Below, piece by piece: positions 19,477 to 31,650 of a stretch of 64,000 nt of DNA. The notes beneath the pieces were generated by a model, which made no database searches, had not been told where the DNA came from, and saw only the letters and a program-made list of their open reading frames with translations. A program made the position numbers and the translations under genes. The stretch is from assembly GCF_009914755.1 (NCBI RefSeq), contig NC_060933.1; one strand, 5' to 3'. Numbering within the stretch: the first letter of the stretch is position 1; every line of letters begins with the position of its first letter. This stretch comes from the human T2T-CHM13v2.0 reference genome, Homo sapiens.

Positions 19477-19630
19477 TTGGTGTTCAAAACGATGTCTATG
19501 GATAAGTAGAACTGCCAGCATCTGAGAGTTTGTTAGCAATTCTGAGTCTCATCCAGACCTACTAAATCGGAACCTACATTTTTAACAACATCTGTAGCTA
19601 ACTTGGTCATTAAAGTTTGATAAATACTAA
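19477..19630. mobile_element. MER5A-like hAT-Charlie MITE
   Basis: CATCCAGACCTACTAAATCGGAACCTACATTTTTAACAA...TAAAGTTTGA. Confidence 0.75.
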
Positions 19631-20499
19631 TCTAGGACTTTAAGATCTTCTTCAACTTTAATATCCTTTGAGCCCCTTTGCCTGCAGCTCTTAATTCTAA
19701 ATGAGGCAGTGTGTCATAAAAAGTGCATAAATTTTGGAATCAAGAAGTCCTCACTCAAATATGAGCTACCTTTTATTATCTAAGTTGTTTTGAGTGGTCT
19801 CTTATCTTTTCTGGGAAAGTTAAAAATGGCCTGACTCAACAGCCAGTTTCTTATGTCCTGCAAATAGGAAGATCCAGGCTGTCTTCCTGCCACTAGGTCA
19901 AAATAGAGAGTTTAGTGTCAGATGTGTTCACATTTTAGGAAGACAGAATCCCTTTGAGTCATATGCCTCATCTCAAGTTATAGACACCATCCTGCCCTCC
20001 CTAGTAACCCTGAACTCAGCTACTGTGTAGCAACAACAAATTTGCTTTAATGTTCCTGCTCTCTGGCTATCACTCAGGAATACTCTGATTAACTGCATCC
20101 TAAGGAATGACAAATGGATGCATGAGCTGTTTCTTTTTTTGTGGTTAGATTCTATCTGTGCTCTGTGATTAGGTTCAGGAAGGAGAGTGAACCTGTAGTG
20201 AAGTCTGCATAACCTCACCCCAACCCTTTGGCAAGTAAAATAACATTTTTAAACCATCAGTGTTTTGAGGCCATCTATTCTGGGTTTAGACCACTCCTAA
20301 TTTTTGAATCCTATTTTAAACTCTCCTCTGTAGCTAACAAGCTGTAACAAATAGATCTTTTCCTTGTCATTACTCATTCTCCTGTGAATCCACTTGTCTT
20401 CCTGGGCCCATACCTGGATACCTGAGGAAAACTAAGACAGCCAGTCCACTCACAAGAATGCTTCTCCCTGACTCCCCCATACATGAGGAAGGTGGAAAC

Positions 20500-20870
20500 A
20501 CTGGAACTAGGGCAGGATAGAGATAAAAGACAGAAAGAATGAGAATGTGAGTGGGAGATAGACAAGAAGATATAGCCACAGATAGAGATGAGGGTTGGGG
20601 AAGGAAGAGAGGCGATTAAAAAAGAATGAAGAACAAGAAATGGAGATAGCTATTTGAGAGGGAGATGGCTAGGGACACAGTGTAAAGGGAAGAATAAAGA
20701 GAAAGAAAGAGAAAATAAAATGCTTAAGTAAAAGGAAGACTTAAAAGAGGAGTAAAGTAACCAGAATACAATGAGATTGAAATGCATGTTAAAAAAGAGT
20801 AAATGTGTGTGTGTGTGTGAGAGAGAGAGAGACAGAGAGACAGAGAGAACAAGAATTATAGAGGGAGATA
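20500..20870. repeat. GA-rich low complexity with a (TG)n(GA)n tract at 20804-20848
   Basis: Read directly. Confidence 0.85.
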
Positions 20871-20886
20871 CAAAGGCTGAAAGGGT

Positions 20887-21010
20887 AGAATGGCTATATA
20901 ATAACTTATCATCCAAACCTCAGTAGTAAAAAAGAAGGAAATTAATAATGGCATGAAGCCAACAGAGGAAAACAAGATTTTCCTGAGCAAATTGGGATAT
21001 GTGGTCAGTA
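20887..21010. mobile_element. MER94-like hAT-Blackjack MITE
   Basis: TTATCATCCAAACC...ATTAATAAT...CCTGAGCAAATTGGGATATGTGGTCA resembles the recalled MER94 consensus. Confidence 0.65.
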
Positions 21011-23017
21011 ACCAAAATGCCTCTTTAAATTCTATTTAACTTAATTCCTACTTCCCATATATCACTTGTTAATTGAGGCTCTTGATGGATCTGTTTCAAG
21101 ACAGAGGGACTGTAGGGTAGGGTACAGTGTATAGTGTAGGGGATATGTTGGAGGAAAGGAAAAAGGTGAGCTTGGGGCTTAGAATTGTTTTCCAGGAAAT
21201 AAAACCCATAAGTCTAGTGAAGTTGTTTGATAGAAAACCATTTTGTGGTATCTACAATAACCAGTTATTCCCACACACTCTTTCATTATGTTTTAGAACA
21301 ACATTGTGAGTTAAGCATTATAATCAGAATTTCACCCCTGATGAGGAAAAAAATATATACGAATGCCTGGAAAGGCACTCTGAGGATAAGTTAAGGTAGG
21401 CTCAATTCTGCAATGAAGCTTTATTCTGCCACCAAAATCAGTCTCTAATCTGTACACATCTTTATCATACCATTCTCATCATTCCTTCTGCTCCACATTA
21501 TTTCTGCTCTCCCGGTCCCATTCTCCATTTCCTTCTGTGTTGCTCTATACTTCCCAGAGGAAGAGCAACTGCAACCTCACCCTGCTTCTCCTCCCTTTAA
21601 AGCCCTCCAGAGCCCACTAAAGAAGCCCACTCATAACTTAAAGTCCACCTTGTCCAGCTCTTTGCTATTTGTCCTCTACCTGAGTCATTGTTTATTAGTC
21701 ATCTCCTATTGCCTATCTATACTAAACTTTAGTGCATTTGGTAAATTAAGCAAATATCTATAATTACTTGCTTCCTGTTTGGCTTGCCTTCTATTCTTGA
21801 GGGTAGGATCTATCTCAGACTTTTCTTTTTACCATTTTATTACACCAGAGCCCAGCCCTATTATAGACATAATGATAGGGTTTTAATTATTTTTTTGAAT
21901 GCATGAAGAAATGAACTCAGGTGGCCATAGTAAAAAGATCTGAATTAGTTATAGGAAAATAGAGGCAAATACTATTAGCCAGTACCAAAGTGACTATAGT
22001 TATACGCAGCAGAGACAAGTTCATCTCGAAAACATGTCTTTTTAAAAAATAATTACTTGTCATCACTTCCATGTGAGAGATGAAAAGTGCTAAGAAGGAG
22101 CTGCAAGGTGTAGTTCACAAAGCCTTTCCTGACAGGCTGAGAGGAGGGACAAGACATCCACCTCTTTATCTGCAGAACCCTGCATAGTGCCCGGCACAGC
22201 ACAACACTCATAAGTAGTATTATTTAGCAGAGAAAGACTAGATGTACTAATACATTCAACCTTTTGCTATTATATTTCAGCCCATGTACAAGTTCCAGGT
22301 CAAATGACATAGCCATATAATCTTGGCTTAAAATTAGTTCCTTAATATTATTTTTAGCCTGAACATCCTTGCTTTAAATGAAATTGTACTCAGGAAGCTT
22401 ACTATATAAAACAAAGGAAAGAAGTACTACTTTGTTTGAGATAAGGGATTAGGGCAGGTGTCTGACCACCAAGCACCCTCTTAATTTCCTGAAGTTCTTG
22501 AGGTAATTCCTTGAGAAAAGTTTGAAAACACTTGTTAAGAGGACAGAGTACAGAAGAGTTTCAATCTGCAGACAGAGCTGATTAGTTGGGGCCTGGAAGT
22601 CATCAGTCCTGATGCCAAAATTGGAATATAATCAAAATCTATGGGCAAGCCTTCTATCCATTCATCTATTTATTCATCTATCTATCCATCCATCCATTAT
22701 TCTATTTCATCATCTGTAAAGTAAGTTTAATAATCTTTTCTACCTTGATCAAATAGAACCTTTAAACTACTAAAAGTTGTCTAAAATAATGAATAAGTGA
22801 AGGTGTTCTAGATTAACTCCTGCTTCTGTATTTATAAGAGAAATTCTTGATTCTATCTGTATGTTCTATCTGTATCAAGCTTTAAAGTTGTGAATATATG
22901 CATAACTTCCAAAACGCTGGAAATGTTTAAGGAAGCAGTTAATACAGAGATGAAGGTCTCCATGATGATCAAGAAATAGAATCTCTAAGTTCAAATGACA
23001 AAACTGGGATTTAGAAC

Positions 23018-23230
23018 CATACTCTCTATTTCAGTAGCCACTAGGCACATGTGACTATTAAGCATTGTAAATGCATCTAATATGACTGACACACTAAATC
23101 TTCAATTCTATTTAATTTTCTGTAATTTACATTTAAATTTAATAGCCACATGATGCTAATAACTGTCATATTGGACAAGAAAATATAGAACAGTCCCACC
23201 CATCTTGGAAAGTTGTATTGGATATTGCTA
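23018..23230. mobile_element. MER3/MER33-like hAT-Charlie MITE
   Basis: GTAGCCACTAGGCACATGTGACTATT...AATAGCCACATG...TATTGGACA...ATATAGAACA palindromic organisation. Confidence 0.8.
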
Positions 23231-23512
23231 TTCTAGGAGAGTAAATTACTTTTTAAGTATCATAGAATAGCATAAAGATAAAAATTCAGTTCAGTCTTAT
23301 ACTAAATATGAAACTCTTTACAATGGATGATTGGCTAGGAATCAACAGACCTAGTGCTAAATGCCAGCTCTGCCAATTCCCAATAATAGTTTACAGGAAA
23401 AGTCAACTTGATTCTCAATTTTTTTTAACTACCAAGTAGAAGTATGATATAAAATGACATTACATGTAAACTAATTATTACTTACTTATAACAATATATA
23501 ACACTTGTACAC

Positions 23513-23960
23513 TTAGGTAATACTGAATAACAAACTACCATAAAACTTAATAGCTTACAACAGCAATGATCTTCGATCTCTTGTGACACTATGTATCAGC
23601 CAGGTGGCTCTGCTGATCAGGGCAAAGCAAAGCTTATCAGCTGGGCTGTTAATATGTCTGGATCAGCTATGAACTGACCTGGAAAGGCTGCAGCTAAGAC
23701 AATTGGGGTGACTTGGCTCTACTCTCCTTGTCTTATCCTACAGCAAGATAGACCTGGAAATGTTTATGGAGATGAAAGGGCAGCAAGAGAAGAAAGAGCA
23801 AAAGTGAAACTGTTTGCCATTCTTACAAGTCCCTTTGTCAAGTCCTTTAACATCCTGTTGACCAAAGCAAGGCATAGGGCTAAATGGTGACCATGCCCAC
23901 ATGAGAGTCTGTTTAGTGAGAGGAACCTCAAAGTTATAGCACAGAGGGTGAAAACTGGCA
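23513..23960 (-). mobile_element. MLT1 (G/H/I-type) solo LTR, ERVL-MaLR
   Basis: TAACAAACTACCATAAAACTTAATAGCTTA start; CATCCTGTTGACCAAAGCAAG motif. Confidence 0.75.
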
Positions 23961-24699
23961 CATTTAATGAATTCAATATAAAAGTGTTTAATAGCAATAC
24001 TCAATTTTTACTTACATGGAAAATAATATCCAAGTCAAGGAGTTATTTTGAATAAAAGTTTAAGTTATTATTTGATAATATTTTATAGTTATTTCAAATA
24101 AAGCATGTTACATTACTTTGCAAGTTTTAAAGCTAATATAAGGTCCCGGATCATTTGAGTCATACTTGCTAGAAAGGAACTATGCAAAGATAAATAGATG
24201 CAATGATTACCTTGGATCCAATGTCCTCCAGAAAAGTGAACAATATAAAGGGAGCATATGAAACAGGAAAGAGACAAGTGGACTGGTCTCAGCTTAAGTA
24301 CTAACTGTGAAAACTAAAATCTCAAAATTCATTTTGTCTTTCTAGTCTCAGTCAATTAACCTGTGTAATAAGTGTTTTGGCGGGAAGGACATATTTAGGG
24401 AATCCTTGCTGTCCCTCATCCTTCCTATGCCAGTAATAGCCATCATTAATTGGTCAGAACACACTGTTCCTCCCTTGTGGTAGCTTCAGAAACCGCCCTA
24501 ACAGAATACTTCAGATAGCCGTCAACAACCAAATAGTGACTGGCCCTAATATTGTGTAGGATGTAGAAGATCTTGGCATGTTTTTTTGTAAGTTTGCTTT
24601 GCTTTTGTTTTATTTTTTGATGTAGAAAACCAATTATTTCTTAATGTCTATTTCACATGACTCATGTGTTCCTTTCTACTATCATGGTAAATATCTAGT

Positions 24700-25120
24700 T
24701 CAAGGTTTGTATCAATTTATTCCTGAAGCATTATAAAGATTTCCCTAATAGTTTCCCTGCCTCCAGTCTCTGCCCTCACCATAATTGCAATGGGATATTT
24801 CAAAAACTTAACAAGCTTGTAGCATGATGTTATTATTAACTTCTTAACAGCAGAGTCACAAAATTAGTCATGTAAGTATGGCAAGCAGCAAAAATGTACT
24901 TCTTTATTTTCGACATAAGCAGTTAGATTGTTAGCATGATCTATAAACTATGCATAATCTAGCCCCTGCCTACCTAACCATCTTCATTTCACTTGCCTCC
25001 CTCTCTCTCTCTGCCCTCTAACCACACAGTCCTTGTTTTAGATCTTCAGTTATGGTCCACACTCCTACACTATCAGCACATAGAAGGTTCCCAAAAAATA
25101 TTTGTGAAATAAATAAGTAA
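24700..25120 (+). mobile_element. Fragmented L2
   Basis: CCCTGCCTCCAGTCTC, ATAATCTAGCCCCTGCCTACC, GCACATAG...AAATATTTGTGAAATAAATAA. Confidence 0.65.
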
Positions 25121-25302
25121 TGAGCTACCATCCAGAGTAACTAAATGGCCAGTGTCAAACAAATGTGCTTACTAATGACAGAGACTAGACCTAAATCAGC
25201 TTTTCTAATCTGATGTCCAGTATACATGTTTGAGTGAGTGCATTTATCAAAACACAACGCTGCCTTTCTGAATATTAATTTATTATTTTAAAGAAGGAAA
25301 GG

Positions 25303-25700
25303 ATGATAGACTGGATAAAGAAAATGTGGCATAGATACATCATGGAATACTATGCAGCCATAAAAAAGAGATGAGTTCATGTCCTTTGCAGGGACATGGA
25401 TGAAGCTAGAAACCATCATTCTCAGCAAACTAACACAGGAACAGAAAACCAAACACCACCTGTTCTCACTCATAAGTGGGAGTTGAACAATGAGAACACA
25501 TGGATACAGGGAGGGGAACATCACACACCGGGGTCTGTTGGGAGGTGGGGGGCTAGGGGAGGGATAGCATTAGGAGAAATACCTAATGTAGATGACAGAT
25601 TGATGGGTGCAGCAAACCACCATGGCACGTGTATAACTATGTAACAAACCTGCACGTTCTGCACACGTATCCCAGAACTTAAAGTACAATAATAAAAAAA
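25303..25700 (+). mobile_element. 5'-truncated L1PA (L1PA7-like), ~400 bp, flanked by a 49-bp direct duplication
   Basis: ATGATAGACTGGATAAAGAAAATGTGG through CCAGAACTTAAAGTA plus A tail. Flanks 25253-25301 and 25702-25750 are 46/49 identical. Confidence 0.95.
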
Positions 25701-26319
25701 CCACAACATTGCCTTTCTGAATATTAATTCATTATTTTAAAGAAGGAAAGAGTGAAAAGAAGGAGAGAAGAAAGGAAGGAAAGAAGAAAGAAAAAGAAGA
25801 GAAAAAATACATTTAAAAAAAGAAATGAATGGAGAAAAAGATAAAAAGAGAGAGAAAGAGAAAGAAAGACTTACAGAATTACAAGGACAAGTCATCTCTC
25901 TTGTAGTTCCCTTTAATGGTATCTTCAGTGTTTGACCAAGACTAATAAAGCTTCACTTTGAAAGGAAATACATAAACTGGGATTAACTGAAATGAGAAGT
26001 GTTAATAATCACCAATAATTTCCAAGTAGTCTTAAATGGAAGGCACTTTGGTTTCTGAGCTGAAGGTTATTCTTGAAGACTTCCAACCAACTCAAAGAAA
26101 AGACAGCCAACATTTTGTAAACTCTTCTTTATTTGTTGCGTACTGACATCTGTTGGTGTCATTTGTTGGTATTTGACACCTGGAACTTTTTTATACACAC
26201 AAGAACTTAAAAGGTAAATACTTGTATTATGTTAATTTTATAGGTGGGAAAAATTAAGACATAGATAAGTTACATTAATAAGTGGAGAAATACTCTTCCC
26301 CAGTCCTCATATGAAAAAA

Positions 26320-26450
26320 ATAATTGTAGTATACATTGTTAGTGAGAATATAGAGAAAGGGTACTCACATATATTGATGAAGGGTCATAATTTTCTACAA
26401 CTTTCTATAGGACAATTTGGCAGTAGAGATCAAAATTGCAAAGAGCTTAT
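26320..26450 (+). mobile_element. Ancient L1M(E) 3' fragment
   Basis: GTGAGAATATAGAGAAAGGGTACTC...TACAACTTTCTATAGGACAATTTGGCAGTA. Confidence 0.55.
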
Positions 26451-26452
26451 CA

Positions 26453-26513
26453 TCTGGGTGCAGTGGCTCACACCTAGAATCCCAGCACTTTGGAAGACTA
26501 AGGCGGGAGGATC
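26453..26513 (+). mobile_element. Alu/FLAM 5' fragment (~60 bp)
   Basis: CTGGGTGCAGTGGCTCACACCTAGAATCCCAGCACTTTGGAAGACTAAGGCGGGAGGATCA, then the similarity stops abruptly. Confidence 0.85.
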
Positions 26514-27459
26514 AAAACTTTGTAGTACAATGTTTAAGGATTGATGCCATTTCTTTTTATAACTCAAATATCTGTGATTATAATTATCTAACAGAAAAAC
26601 ATTAAATTACGTAATATAAAGATGATAAGTGATACACAGAAACACTCCTATACAATGGATCAGGACGGAGTGAGAGGTGACTATGACATAAAAATTTTAC
26701 TTAGTATTGATTGATTTTTTGAATCTTATTTTTTAGGAAACATCATATATTACTTCTATAATTTTAAAAAAATAGGGAAAGCATTCATATTTCACTAATT
26801 TTAACCATACTTTGTGGCCCTGACATTCAAAGCCTTCAAGTAGAAGGGGTCATAGATAGAATGTAGCCCACTTGTGCTCACACAGAAAATTTTGTATCCA
26901 CAATGCAACAGATAATACTCAATCCTTTAATTGGATCCTTTGAGTAACAGGCATTTCTTTCCATCCTTCATTCAGTTGTTCATTAATTGAACAAAAGTAT
27001 TTAAGTACCTGCTCTGGGTCCTTTTCATGCCTTTTCCAGATCTAATATTTCATAATCATATTTTTATTTACATTAAAATGACATAAGAGTAGGTTATTAA
27101 TATATTAAGACAAAAAGGGTAATATGTTTGGAAGAGTTTATGGTGTTTAAAAGAAAATAGAACATATTTAATTTAATATTTATGGAAATATGTTATGTAA
27201 AAGATCTAAATAAAAGTTGGAAAAACTAATACTCTCCTTTCTGTAGTTTTGGTTTTGTTTATACTTTTAATGTCTAATCTTCCAAATATAATTTTCTGGT
27301 GGAATTTATTACTTTTTCATCCCCAGAACCCAGCAACTTTCTTGGCATAGAGTAAATACTCCACATAAACTAGTTAAATTAATTGCCTTATTAAAAATAA
27401 GTAAGATAAATGTAAAACATTTTCAAAAGCATAATATGTTACATACGAGGCTCCACTTT

Positions 27460-27670
27460 CTGGTGAAAAGACCTCTGAGCTTGGAGTCAGCTTTTTGGAT
27501 TAAAAACCATCCTCTGCCTTTTATTAGTTGCTTAACCCTCTGAAAGTCACTCAGTGTCTCTGTACATGGATGTCCTTTGCAGTAATCAGTGGGTCTACAT
27601 ATTTTTTCGAAATAGTTTACATAGCTACTTTCAGAATCAAATGGGATAATGGACACTGTGGGTTTTAAGA
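27460..27670 (+). mobile_element. MIR fragments
   Basis: TTGGAGTCAG...TTTATTAGTTG...GTCACTCAGTGTCTCTG. Confidence 0.6.
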
Positions 27671-29014
27671 GTCTTTGAGTTTACTATAAATGTTAGCAAT
27701 TATTAATGCTACATATGCAAATAAATTAATTCATCCATCACTCCCTCAGCTAGATTACTGTAGCACGATGTTAGTACTTGCTTATAGCTTGTTCATAAGG
27801 GTCATGGCTAGTCCATGAAGCTGAGCTCTGTGAAAGGAAAGGCTCTGTTTTCTACATTTTGAATCCACAAAACAGACATATTATTTTTTAAAAAAGAGTT
27901 TATTTACCAGGCATATGATAAAAACATTATTTTAATATTTCTTAATGAAAATTAAGGAAATGTTATTTGATCTATAATGATTTGAGTAATTAAAGTGATA
28001 TATGTTTTACTATTACCATTATCATTATGACAAAAGTGGAAAAAACCCTATAAGTAAAAGAAAAATAAACAAAACCAGGAAAACAAATGCCCATAATACC
28101 ACTTTTTTAAATAGTTTCTCTTAAATTTTTAGGGTGTAGTGTTTCAGGCCTTTCTCTGAGCATTTTTGGAGGCTTGAACTGCAGAATGAGAGTCATCTAT
28201 GAGGTGCTTATAACACTGAACTACTTACATAACAGTTCTAAACTTGGTGATTTACTCATGTTCAAAATGGGAATAATTGTACCTCAGGAAGTGATTGATG
28301 GTTAAGAAATTAGCACATATCAATTGTTTAGTACAATACATATTGTTTCCTATATTCTGAGCATCTTCAAATGTCAATGAATATACTTATCCAATACTGT
28401 ATTAAATGATGACCATTGTTTAATTCCAATAGAATTTATCTAAGTGGATGTGCAGACAGTGTGAGACACCTCTCAGTCCTCCCGTTTTCAGTTTTTTCTA
28501 CTTTCTCTCTGCTGGCTGATTTCTCAGCCATATTTTGCCTTAAGGCTGCACTTACAGAACTACTGCTTCCCAATGACTCTTCTCCAGTTGAGATTCCATT
28601 TTACTCTGCCTCTCCTTACAACATACCTACAAGGATAGCAAACTCCAGGCCAAGCACTTACGCTCACCAAGACAAATCTGACTGCTGGCATGGTCCTTTG
28701 GGTGGCCATCACTTCTGCCCCATTGAGCTAATAAGATAGACAGCAAAGGGCCAAGATTTATTTGGCTCCAATTCTTTGAGATATCTCAGTGTTCTACCTG
28801 GGAAGGGAGTATAAGGAAGCAAGAAATTCAATATTCCAGTAGAAACTCTCACCTTAAAGTCCTCCAGAACAGTGTGTTTCTGATAGGGGTCTGATGTTCT
28901 TGGTTGTACAGGCTGCAAGGAGATGTGTTCTATATACACTTACAAGTTCTGGTTTAAGTCCCGAGAAGCTGTTACTCAAAGGAGTGGTTGCCGCTTAAGA
29001 GGATGACACATTCC

Positions 29015-29225
29015 GGTTCTAAAATTAGTGCACAAAATCTGGAGTTAGTATAGATGGGTGTGATTCCAGCCCTTGTAACTTACTATCTCTGTTATCCTGT
29101 GAGAGTTTATTAACTTCTCTAAGCCATAGTTTGTTCAATTATAACATGGTTCTAATAAGAATACCTACCATACTTACTTTGGGGGCTATTGTGAAAAGAA
29201 GGATAAAATCATATTTATGATGTGA
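29015..29225 (+). mobile_element. MIR
   Basis: CTGGAGTTAG...ACTTACTATCTCTG...TAACTTCTCTAAGCC...AATACCTACC. Confidence 0.7.
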
Positions 29226-29379
29226 TTATATGTTTTGATACTTAAAATATGCCAGTTTCCTTAATCTTCTAGTGGCAACATATTGCTTTGTTTGGTTTGG
29301 TTTTTAAGAACAGGCGGTCCCTACAGTGAATTCACCCAGTTTGGATTGTTCACTAAAATATTTTCACTGTAGGTTGAAG

Positions 29380-29748
29380 CATGACCTCATCACATCCAAT
29401 TGGTGTGTTCTATCTTCTGGGCTACTGTGACTGAGGTCCACTGGACTGATTTTGGATCAACCTACCTCAGGATGGCTATTAAAACCATTAGGGAAAAAAT
29501 GCTTTCTTGTCACTGGAGCTGCTCTGGACAGTAGTGTGTGACCCTGTAGTTGCCATGAACACCACTTATGGGGACCCTACCTTGAGTGAAGCCAGCTCAG
29601 AGAAAGACACTGCTGAGTGGTGGAGATGACATTGAAACTTTTGTTCAAAAAAACAAAATCAGTTACATAAATCAATAATTTCCCTTTTGTTCTTAAAGAA
29701 AAATGTGTGTTTTCTGTCACTTGTAACTAAGTGAATAAAACTAACACA
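29380..29748 (+). mobile_element. MLT1 (J/K/L-type) LTR remnant
   Basis: CAGTTACATAAATCAATAATTTCCCTTTT...TTTTCTGTCACTTGTAAC...CTAACACA 3' end. Confidence 0.7.
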
Positions 29749-31039
29749 GATATTATTTTGCCATTTTTAGATAAACAAAACAAGTCTAAAAGAAATTAGG
29801 TAACTGGCCCAATGCTTAGAACTAGAAAGTGGAACATCTACGCAGTTTAGCATGCAGTTTCTAAAACCTGGAATATTGGGTTCAAGCACTTTAGGGTTTC
29901 ATTACTCTTTAGCTATAGGACCTGGGGCAAGGTGCTTACATTCTCTGAGTTGCAGTTTATTTGTCTATATAGCGAGGATCATGGATCCTAGCTTATAGGC
30001 TTGTGCTCTGATATATATCCTTTAGAACCTAGAAGCATTAAATAATTTTTAGCCCTAATAACAAGAACAACAATAATAACAATAGCTAAAAGTTACATGT
30101 ATGTGAGAGTTATACTAATCCCAATTATGCAATGATATCTAATATTATTTGGGATCCAAATATAGGGCTCTGATATTTAATCTTGTACTTGTTGTACTTT
30201 TTCCCCTATGACTATTTTATTAGGATGTATGATACAAAGGGGTCAAAGAGGTATGAGTCATTGCATCCCAATGGGATAAAAAATGAGGAGTTGAAGCCTA
30301 AGTGACAGGACTTTTGTTGCTATCATCCAGGCCTGAGATTCTGGGAATTACAGCTAGGTGGTGGCAGTGGGAATGGAGTGAAGCAAGGGAAGAGGCTCTC
30401 CAGGCTTTTGAAGCCTCACTGGTCTGCTGGCAGCCATTTGGAAACACTGCCATAAATTTCCCTGTGCTTCAGCACCACTGGCCTGACCAACTCCCTGGAG
30501 AGCTCATCTACTCCCCACTTACGTGGATTCCTCTGAGGGCATAGTGGCAGCATGGAGTGGCAGAGACACCACCTTAAATCACCAGCTTCATGCTCCAGCC
30601 CAGCTGCTCGCTTATTTCAGAGGCAGCTTGAAACACTGCATCACTGTCTCTGAGCAGCTTGGGGGACGATGGATGGCACGGACTTACTCAGGCAGCTGCT
30701 GGGATCTGTGTTTATTTCTTCTCAGTGGGAGCTGGGTTCTCCTGGTGATATCTCATTCCTTAAGAAAAGAAGAGTCACTCTGACAGCAATTCCATAAAAA
30801 AAAAAAAGATGGGACCTAAATGATGAATCTCAAACGATCATGAACTTCTGATTGTGCTCTCCTATCTGAAACTGGAATCCAAGATTTATTATAATTAGTA
30901 CAGATAGTGTTTAGGAGCCTAGGGTCTGTGGTCAGACAGACCTAAGCTTAAATCCCACTTCTGCTGCTTACTAACTCTGGCGATCTTGGAATGTATTAAT
31001 CATCTATACTTTGTTCTTCTGCTATCTAATTTTCAACAT

Positions 31040-31510
31040 TTGTAGCAGTTAACTTTGCCACAGTAAGTGTACCCATTAATCCAACCCAAAATGCTGTGGC
31101 TAAGACAAAAATCACTTATTTTCATAATCACAGGGCACTGGCTGATTGAGGCTGGGCTTCACTGGAGTTGAACTCTTCACAGGCTGCAGAATTGGAGGTA
31201 GCTCTGCTTCACCCTGTTGGTGGTTGTCTGGGTTGGCTCTGCAGCAGTTGTCTCATCTTCCTAGGATTAGCATGTTAACTGGGACTCATTTTTTCTCTGG
31301 GATGACAAAGGCAAAAGAGATCATGTGAAAACATGAAGCTTCTTAGGCCAAGGAACACTTTTAAAATTGCCCTACATATTTAACCACAGAAAATCAGATG
31401 TCCAAACCTCAAAGTCAAGAATACAGGGAAAGAAACTTATCCCAGGAGGAGCCTATGGCAAAAGCAGGGATGCAGGGGAGGGGTGAAGAATTGAGCAAAC
31501 ATAACTCTGG
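31040..31510 (-). mobile_element. MLT1 (K-like) solo LTR nested in a MIR (30905-31600)
   Basis: CCCAAAATGCTGTGGCT start and GGGGAGGGGTGAAGAATTGAG end; MIR halves lie on both sides. Confidence 0.7.
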
Positions 31511-31650
31511 ATTTTTGAGATGATTCCATAGATAGGTCTATAAAATGCTTGTTTGACACACTCCTTGGCAAATAGTAGGGCACTTAATACATGACACTCA
31601 AATTATTTATTGTCTATTTTGCTAGTCTATAAAATCAATAATGTAAACTC

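Noticed and set aside
21335-21370. CTGATGAG...CGAA resembling a hammerhead ribozyme core (also CTGATGAG at ~17624)
   Set aside because: No stem II, no GAAA core and no flanking helices. The 21.3-kb site resembles the MIR core GATGAGGAAA.
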